Positions 57,771 through 64,000 of a stretch of 64,000 nucleotides of DNA are shown in pieces. Positions within the stretch are counted from its first letter, which is position 1. Each line of letters starts with the position of its first letter. The notes under the pieces were generated by a model. It worked only from the letters and a program-made list of their open reading frames with translations. It was not told the origin of the DNA and made no database searches. Source of the DNA: Syntrophorhabdaceae bacterium (lineage in GTDB: Bacteria; Desulfobacterota; Syntrophorhabdia; Syntrophorhabdales; Syntrophorhabdaceae); assembly GCA_963666485.2 (NCBI GenBank), contig CAXXUO010000001.1:416001-480000 (forward strand), read 5' to 3'. The position numbers and the translations under genes are program-made.

Positions 57771-60410
57771 TTAGTTGACCTTTATTGTCGGGCCGGTCCC
57801 ATCCTTGCTCTTATGGAAGACCCGGCCTATCCTTTCCTGCATATCCTTGAAGCTTACCATATTCCGGGGGTCCCTGTTGACAACATCTATCCCCCGCAAA
57901 AAAGCCCTTCGTATCAGGTATTCCTTGCCGCCTTCGACAATCTTTCCCCTGATATTAAAATTGTCGTTTTCCAGCGTGCACCTGATCCCGATCCTGCTGT
58001 AAGGATACTCCTTGAAGAACTTGTTGATCCCGCTTTTCAGGATCGCCCCGATACCCCCGGTCCCCGTCCCCAGTATTGAAATGTTCTCGATCGCGTCGAC
58101 CGACACCTTGCGCGGCACGCCGCGCGCCTTCACGGTATCGAGATCGAAAACAAAACGGGAGGGCTGGCCGTACTCGACCTCGAGGTCTTTCATGGAGCCT
58201 TCGATAATTCCGGTTATCTTCCCGATCTTGATCGTCTCCGTTATTTTCCCGAGGTCTATGTTGCTGAATACGATATCGCCCCCTATCCTGCGCGAGGGCG
58301 CAAAAAGGTCCCTGGCGTACATATCGAGCACCTCGATCCTGCCGCCGAAGATGTCGACGGACATGCCGCCCTCGGTCTTCAGTTCACCGTTCTGGTAGGC
58401 GACCATCGGAAAACGCGCCTTCACGCTGCCGGGAAATGTAAGGCCGGTAAGGTCGTTGAGCAGCCGGGGAAGATCGATGCCCGTTACCGTCCCGGCAAAA
58501 GAGAACCGGGGCGACTCGCCGAGCACGTCCTTCGCGACCACGTCACGGATGCGTACCGCCCCGCCGTAAAAAGGAACGGAGATCACTCCCGTTGCGATCA
58601 CGTCAGTCCCTGAGGCAATAACGGGTATCTTCAGCTCGGGAAGGTTGTATTCCCCTTTTCTGAACCCCGAGATCGTGATCCAGCCCGGTCCGTGCTGTTC
58701 ATCCTTTGGACCGGTGCCCGCCTGCCCCGCAGACGCAAGGTCGAACGGGACGTCGACCTCCAGGGCTTTGACATCAAGAGCCAGGGCCGGAAGCGTGAGC
58801 GACGACGCTGCCAGCCTGATATTTCCTCTCGCTTCCCGTTTCTTTTCAAAGGATGCCAGCGAAACATCCGCGCTTAAGCTGCCGTCGGCGGCAATACCCT
58901 TGAGCGACGGCGCGGTTTCGGCAAGGTAGGCTGACAGGAAATCGGATACGATCCTCTTTATCGCCATGTCCCGGGCAGATACATGGAAACGCCATCCCTC
59001 CCTGCCAAAGTAGCCGTCATATGAGTATTGGCCTGTGTTGAAGAGGTCGCACTCCCCTTTGATCCGCGACCCGGCCTTGCTGCTTGTCAGGATGTCCGCA
59101 TTTGTCGAGAAACCGGCACGCTCCTTGGACAGGTCCTTATAGTACTTGCCCCAGAGATATTCCCCCGAGGATATCCGCGACGATACCTTGAGCGATGTGT
59201 CCTTGTCCCCCCGCGGCACTGTAAAATTCATAATGACGAGCCCGTTTATCCCCTGCGCCGCCTTTGAGCCGTCGGGCGATGCAAATCCGCCCTTCTTAAT
59301 GTCCATGGTGAGGTTCCCGGAAAGGGATGGCGACCCGCCGGAAAGCGTGCCGGCCATACGGCCTTTCAGGGCACCCCGGCCCTCGATCGACCATTTCTTC
59401 GCCTCTTCCTGTGTCATCAGGGATTTTGCCATCGAAAAGACGCTCGAAAAGTTGAGCTCGCGTGTCTCGAGCGCTGCAGTTATGGGCATCGTCCCTTTAA
59501 GCTTGAGGCGGGCGGCACCGTTAAGCGTACCAATGCCGGGCATGGTGATCCGGATATTATCGGAGGAAAGATCGCCGGTTTTCGTATCGTACCGGGTATC
59601 TATGCCAATAGCGGAATTCTTGAGAAGCGCCTTCCCGGAGTCCGCGAGGAGCGCAAATTCTTCAATGCCGATGGCCGACCGCACAATAACAATGCGGTCT
59701 TTTTCAAATTGAACGGGGACTATAAATTTCAACCCCTTCATCGTGACCTTGCCGGCCGCGAACACCCCTATATCCAGCTCGATGGTCCCTTTTCCCAGCA
59801 TGTCGGGGAAGATCCCGGTCAGCTTGAGCGTGCCCTTACATTTTCCCGTTACGAAGAATTCGGACTTTTCCGGTTCATTGACACCAACGAGTCCCGTGAA
59901 TGAGAGCGTCCCCCCGCGCTCGGGGGAGAAATCTTTCACCGTCAGGTCGATCTTTTTCAGGTCGATCCGCGTGTTCGACCCCTTGAAGAGGAGCGTGAAT
60001 TCCCCGTTCTCCATGGTGAGCAGGCGGACCGCCGGTATTTTCTTTATGAATGACAGGTCGGTTTCCGTTTCCTTCTTATCCCCGACGCGTATGCGTATCT
60101 TCGCGTCTTTGAGACGTATCCTTTCGACCTCGCCGCGAAAGACCTCCTTCGGCGTTGTATTCACCGTGAGGCGGGAACTCGTGAAGATAAAATTCTGATT
60201 GCGCGTATCAGCGAAGGTGAAACCTTTCAGGTCGGCCTTTACCAGGGGAAAGAAGAAGAAAGACTCGGCATTGACATCGTAACCATAAAGGGGGCCGCTC
60301 AGCATCGCGACGGAACGGAGAAGAAGGGGGGTCCTTGCAAGGACGGCAAGGCCTGCCGCACATACACCGACGAGGACAACGATCGTCAGGATGAATCTCT
60401 TGTTCCTCAT
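57771..60410 (-). CDS. AsmA-like / YdbH-type intermembrane bridge protein
   Basis: N-terminal TM anchor, long beta-rich body (FYGG, IFGG, GIIEG), and adjacency to the ydbL-like gene. Confidence 0.7.
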   Translation of the reverse strand: MRNKRFILTIVVLVGVCAAGLAVLARTPLLLRSVAMLSGPLYGYDVNAESFFFFPLVKADLKGFTFADTRNQNFIFTSSRLTVNTTPKEVFRGEVERIRLKDAKIRIRVGDKKETETDLSFIKKIPAVRLLTMENGEFTLLFKGSNTRIDLKKIDLTVKDFSPERGGTLSFTGLVGVNEPEKSEFFVTGKCKGTLKLTGIFPDMLGKGTIELDIGVFAAGKVTMKGLKFIVPVQFEKDRIVIVRSAIGIEEFALLADSGKALLKNSAIGIDTRYDTKTGDLSSDNIRITMPGIGTLNGAARLKLKGTMPITAALETRELNFSSVFSMAKSLMTQEEAKKWSIEGRGALKGRMAGTLSGGSPSLSGNLTMDIKKGGFASPDGSKAAQGINGLVIMNFTVPRGDKDTSLKVSSRISSGEYLWGKYYKDLSKERAGFSTNADILTSSKAGSRIKGECDLFNTGQYSYDGYFGREGWRFHVSARDMAIKRIVSDFLSAYLAETAPSLKGIAADGSLSADVSLASFEKKREARGNIRLAASSLTLPALALDVKALEVDVPFDLASAGQAGTGPKDEQHGPGWITISGFRKGEYNLPELKIPVIASGTDVIATGVISVPFYGGAVRIRDVVAKDVLGESPRFSFAGTVTGIDLPRLLNDLTGLTFPGSVKARFPMVAYQNGELKTEGGMSVDIFGGRIEVLDMYARDLFAPSRRIGGDIVFSNIDLGKITETIKIGKITGIIEGSMKDLEVEYGQPSRFVFDLDTVKARGVPRKVSVDAIENISILGTGTGGIGAILKSGINKFFKEYPYSRIGIRCTLENDNFNIRGKIVEGGKEYLIRRAFLRGIDVVNRDPRNMVSFKDMQERIGRVFHKSKDGTGPTIKVN

Positions 60411-60546
60411 GGGACTCCCGGAGGAGGCCCGCGGGTCTGCGGGCCGTTTCGGCCGCCTGCGGCGGCAGTTTCAAGTTTCGAGAGAATGCATCATGAATAA
60501 AGACGCCAGCCTCTCTTGTCTTTCAGTATTATATCCGTTATTGTAG

Positions 60547-62826
60547 TTGAAGGCTATGCCTTTGGCTCTTATTTTTTCACTGATCGTCCTCGGTTTTTCC
60601 GGGATCGTGGCGCAGACGGTCCTCATCAGGGAAAGCCTTATCATTTATGGCGGGAATGAGCTTTCCCTGGGGATCATCATCGGTGCGTGGGTTATCTGGG
60701 AAGCACTCGGAGCGTATGCCGGGGGACGCGTGCCGCAAGGCGATGAACGGGTGCCGGGGGGTCTTGTCACCGCCAACATAGTGTTCGTCCTTTTCTTCCC
60801 GGCAACGATAGCGGCGATACGGACACTCAAAATAATCATCGGGCTTCCGCCCGAGATGTCTCTCGGGATCACATCGATCTTTTTCTCATCACTCGTCATA
60901 TTCCTGCCGTGCGCGACCACCCACGGTTATGCTTTTACCGCGGCATGCCGCATGTACGAGCGCTCGTCCGCACCAGGGGGACAGCCCGCGGCCCGCGGCT
61001 ACTTCTTCGAGATGGCCGGGACTGTCATCGGCGGCATTGTTGTGAGCTATATTCTCCTGGCCCGGCTTAACCCGGTCCGTATAGCTTTCCTCGTATTCGG
61101 AATTATGTCATTCGCGTGTTTTGTCCTCGGTCTTGGCCGGACGCCTCCCGGGACACGGCAGCGAAAGGCTTTCACTGTTGGAGGTCTCCTCCTGACCACA
61201 GCGGTTGTGGTATGCACGGCGTCCGGCCTCGATACCTTCATCGAGAACCGGTCGATCAGTGCGGAATGGCATGGCCGCACCATCGTATCGTACCGGAATT
61301 CACCCTATCAGAACATTGTCGTCACGAAAGAACAGGAACAGTACACGTTTTTCACCGACGGGACGCCGGCCGCGACCCTGCCGACACCCGATATTGTCCG
61401 TATCGAGGAGATCGTCCATATACCCGGCCTGGCGCACGGGTCGCCCCGGGAGGTCCTTATCATCCACGGGGGGGCCGGCGGGGTTATAAGCGAAATGTTG
61501 AAATACCCGGTGCTTCGCCATATCGATTACGTCGAGATAGACCCTGAGTACCTTGACACCATAGCGCGTTTTCCTTCCGGGCCTGTCAGGTCGGAGCTCA
61601 CCGACGGGCGGGTACGGGTCCATTACACGGACGGGCGGCGCTTTGTCAAAGAAACCACCGGCAGGTACGATATCGTGCTTTCCGGTATCCAGGCCCCCCG
61701 CACGCTTCAGGCCAACAGGTTCTTCACCTCGGAATTCTTTCGTGAGATCAGGAATATACTCAAACCGGGCGGCATATTCATATACACCCTGCCCGGTTCT
61801 CTCGCTTATTATGACCGGGAGCTCAAGGACATGAACGCATCGATACTGCTGACCGCCAGGGAAGTCTTCGGAAGCGTCGCTATCGTTCCCGGGGAAGAGA
61901 ACATATTCATGGCATCCCCCGTGAAGACGGCGCTCGATCTTTCCCCCGACCTGATGGATAAACGGCTCAAGGAATTCCGCCTCCCGCTCAAGCTCATCTC
62001 CCTTCCCCATCTTTCCTACCGTCTCGACCCGGAGAGGCCGGCATGGTTCCAGTCAGCGATACGGGACTCCCGGGCAAGGGCCAATCACGACCTGGCCCCG
62101 ATGGGCCTGTGGTATACGCTCGCTTTTGACAACGCCCTCCATGACCCCTCGTTGCGGCGGTCATTTGCATTGCTCGAAAAATATGGCTTCCTGTTCCTCC
62201 TCCTCGCGAGCTCCTGCGTTGCTGCGGCCGGCTTTGCCTTAAGCCGAAGGTCCGCCGCCGCTCCCGTCTGCTTCGTCGCATTGACAACAGGCTTCGGCGC
62301 GATGGTGCTCGAATTGCTGCTCATATTCATATACCAGGTATGGTCCGGCTATGTCTTCCACGAGATAGGGATGCTCATCACGATGCTCATGACCGGTATG
62401 GCGCTCGGCGCCCTCGCAGCAGGGAAGTGCCTCAAAAAGTTCGCGACCGCCTTCCGGGCCCTAATCGCAACGGAGGCCGTCCTTGCAATAACAGGCCTTA
62501 TCGTGCCCGCCATATTCCTGATCACCGGCATCTACCGGGGACCGGGCCAGTTATCCGCGCGCCTCCTGTGCATGCTGCTCCTCTTCCTGTCAGGGTTCTT
62601 CGCAGGGATTGAATACCCCCTTGCGGTGGACGCATACAGGAAGGTGCATCCAAAAAGAACGGCGGTGGGGCCTGTCTATGGCCTCGATCTTATCGGGGGT
62701 TTTGCCGGGGGGGTTGCCGGGGGGTTCTTCCTGTTCCCCGTCATGGGCCTCGCAAAAACCTGTGTCTTTCTGTTTGCGATCAAGGTGTGCGCCATTCTTA
62801 TGCTGTTATCTGCCAGGCAAAAATAG
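60547..62826 (+). CDS. Membrane-bound spermidine-synthase-like protein (TM - SAM-binding fold - TM)
   Basis: GNELSLG, SPYQNI, VEIDP, DGRRFV and NRFFTSEFF..LKPGG, with many flanking TM helices. Confidence 0.85.
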   Translation: MKAMPLALIFSLIVLGFSGIVAQTVLIRESLIIYGGNELSLGIIIGAWVIWEALGAYAGGRVPQGDERVPGGLVTANIVFVLFFPATIAAIRTLKIIIGLPPEMSLGITSIFFSSLVIFLPCATTHGYAFTAACRMYERSSAPGGQPAARGYFFEMAGTVIGGIVVSYILLARLNPVRIAFLVFGIMSFACFVLGLGRTPPGTRQRKAFTVGGLLLTTAVVVCTASGLDTFIENRSISAEWHGRTIVSYRNSPYQNIVVTKEQEQYTFFTDGTPAATLPTPDIVRIEEIVHIPGLAHGSPREVLIIHGGAGGVISEMLKYPVLRHIDYVEIDPEYLDTIARFPSGPVRSELTDGRVRVHYTDGRRFVKETTGRYDIVLSGIQAPRTLQANRFFTSEFFREIRNILKPGGIFIYTLPGSLAYYDRELKDMNASILLTAREVFGSVAIVPGEENIFMASPVKTALDLSPDLMDKRLKEFRLPLKLISLPHLSYRLDPERPAWFQSAIRDSRARANHDLAPMGLWYTLAFDNALHDPSLRRSFALLEKYGFLFLLLASSCVAAAGFALSRRSAAAPVCFVALTTGFGAMVLELLLIFIYQVWSGYVFHEIGMLITMLMTGMALGALAAGKCLKKFATAFRALIATEAVLAITGLIVPAIFLITGIYRGPGQLSARLLCMLLLFLSGFFAGIEYPLAVDAYRKVHPKRTAVGPVYGLDLIGGFAGGVAGGFFLFPVMGLAKTCVFLFAIKVCAILMLLSARQK

Positions 62827-62857
62827 TATAATCGCAGGAAATGGGCAAGGTTCCATA

Positions 62858-63976
62858 ATGAACGACCGGATGAAAAGACGGGATTTCCTGAAGATGGCCG
62901 GCCTCGTGCCTCTTATGATCTCGCTCGGTCCCGGTGTAGCCTCGGCTGTCCAGCAGGTCCCCGGGCACCAGGAGGCCAGGTATTACAAAAAGGGCCCCGC
63001 AAGAGCGGTGGATTGCCTTCTGTGCCCCCGCCAGTGCAGCCTTCCCGATGGCGAAACGGGGTTCTGCCGGGCACGCCGGAATACAGGGGGAAAGCTCTAT
63101 TCTCTCGGTTACGGCTGGCCGTGCGCGGTCCATGTCGACCCCATCGAAAAGAAACCGTTCTCCCATGTGCTTCCCCGGACATCTTCCTTTTCCCTTGCCA
63201 GCGCCGGGTGCAACTTTCGCTGCAAATTCTGTCAGAACTGGCAGATATCGCAGGTGTCGCCCCTCGAAACGAACAACATGAAAATGTCCCCGGACGACGT
63301 CGTCAACGCCGCCGGGCAAAAGGGCTGCAGGAGCATCGCCTATACCTACAGTGAACCTTCCAATTTTTACGAGTACATGCTCGATATCGCGAAGATCGCG
63401 CGCAAGCGCGGCATATTGAACGTGTCGCACAGCAACGGCTATATCAACCAGGCACCGCTCAAAGAACTCGCGAAATACATGGACGCCGTCAATATCGACC
63501 TGAAAGGCTTTTCATCGTCCTTCTACGCCACGATGTGCGAGGGTGAGCTTGAACCGGTCCTTTCAACGATAAAGACCCTCAAGCGCTCCGGGGTCTGGGT
63601 GGAAATAACCAATCTTGTCCTGCAGGGATACAACGACGACGAGAAAATGATAAAGGCCATGTGCACGTGGCTTGTCAAAGAAGCCGGGGCCGACACTCCC
63701 GTCCATTTTTCCCGTTTTTATCCCATGTATAAACTGACCGGCGTCTCCCCGACACCCGTGAAAAGCCTCGAGCGCGCCCGGGAGATCGCGATCGCTTCGG
63801 GCCTGAAATTTGCCTATGTAGGAAATATCCCGGGCCATACAGGGGAAAACACCTACTGCCCGAAATGCGGCAAACTCCTTGTGCAAAGATCGGGCTATAA
63901 TGTGCTTGCCAACGTCATAAAAGACGGTACATGCCCTGATTGCTCGACACGGATAGGAGGCATATGGAACCGATGA
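62858..63976 (+). CDS. amrS: AmmeMemoRadiSam system radical SAM enzyme with a Tat-like signal
   Basis: CLLCPRQC..GFC, DPIEKKP, GCNFRCKFCQNWQISQ, YTYSEP, HFSRFYP and TYCPKC; N-terminal KRRDFLK. Confidence 0.92.
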   Translation: MNDRMKRRDFLKMAGLVPLMISLGPGVASAVQQVPGHQEARYYKKGPARAVDCLLCPRQCSLPDGETGFCRARRNTGGKLYSLGYGWPCAVHVDPIEKKPFSHVLPRTSSFSLASAGCNFRCKFCQNWQISQVSPLETNNMKMSPDDVVNAAGQKGCRSIAYTYSEPSNFYEYMLDIAKIARKRGILNVSHSNGYINQAPLKELAKYMDAVNIDLKGFSSSFYATMCEGELEPVLSTIKTLKRSGVWVEITNLVLQGYNDDEKMIKAMCTWLVKEAGADTPVHFSRFYPMYKLTGVSPTPVKSLERAREIAIASGLKFAYVGNIPGHTGENTYCPKCGKLLVQRSGYNVLANVIKDGTCPDCSTRIGGIWNR

Positions 63977-64000
63977 TAGTAAAGAGACGCGTCTACCCGC
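63973..64000 (+). CDS. Start of the next gene (truncated by the window edge)
   Basis: ATGA overlap with the amrS stop and a GGAGG upstream; only 9 codons are visible. Confidence 0.4.

Noticed and set aside
493..63886. Numerous long antisense or alternate-frame ORFs (e.g. 1345-2415, 21403-22455, 39131-40339, 44917-45852)
   Set aside because: They overlap well-supported genes and are expected from GC-rich codon bias.
1..64000. Global UGA reassignment (genetic code 4 or 25) as the explanation for the in-frame TGAs
   Set aside because: Many clear genes end at TGA with correct C-termini or ATGA overlaps (cooC, ftsK, hrcA, copA, amrS), and long conserved genes have no internal TGA.
1..64000. tRNA (including tRNA-Sec), rRNA, prophage, integron or transposase genes
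   Set aside because: No cloverleaf/T-loop pattern, rRNA signature, integrase or transposase motif was recognised by eye. A tRNAscan-SE or Rfam run would be needed to exclude RNAs formally.

Overview
This is a GC-rich, gene-dense chromosomal window from an anaerobic Gram-negative bacterium. Gene content and repeat style suggest a syntrophic deltaproteobacterium (Desulfobacterota, possibly Syntrophorhabdaceae-like), which is inference only. Most genes are housekeeping or envelope genes: rnc, lnt, ybeY, a 7TM-HD hydrolase, phoH, lolA, ftsK, plsC, cooC, a K+ channel, htpG, hrcA-grpE-dnaJ (no dnaK), nudC, an AttEFGH-like ABC system, mutY-like, uppP, tolQRA, hemW, lepA, dusB, glyQS, ppdK, dedA, copA, ydbH/ydbL-like and amrS, plus two multi-PAS hybrid kinases. 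The main signal missed by the ORF track is three genes interrupted by an in-frame UGA, each followed by a SECIS-like hairpin with a GG-containing loop. One is a recognisable HesB/IscA-like selenoprotein (27137-27472). Two are candidate exported selenoproteins I cannot assign to a known family: a 75-aa lipoprotein (38260-38487) and a cysteine-free Tat-signal protein (54244-55107). Also notable are a receiver-domain::LpxC fusion, an unannotated secreted Cys/Asp-rich 46-aa peptide with a decayed tandem copy, a promoter- and terminator-bounded sRNA candidate with Rex-like boxes, and a 259-bp MITE with TGT..ACA ends and a 5-bp duplication. CGTC-type REP pairs and about a dozen heptamer-repeat arrays of different unit sequence, many arranged as inverted arms, are scattered through the window. 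I saw no rRNA, tRNA, CRISPR array or transposase.
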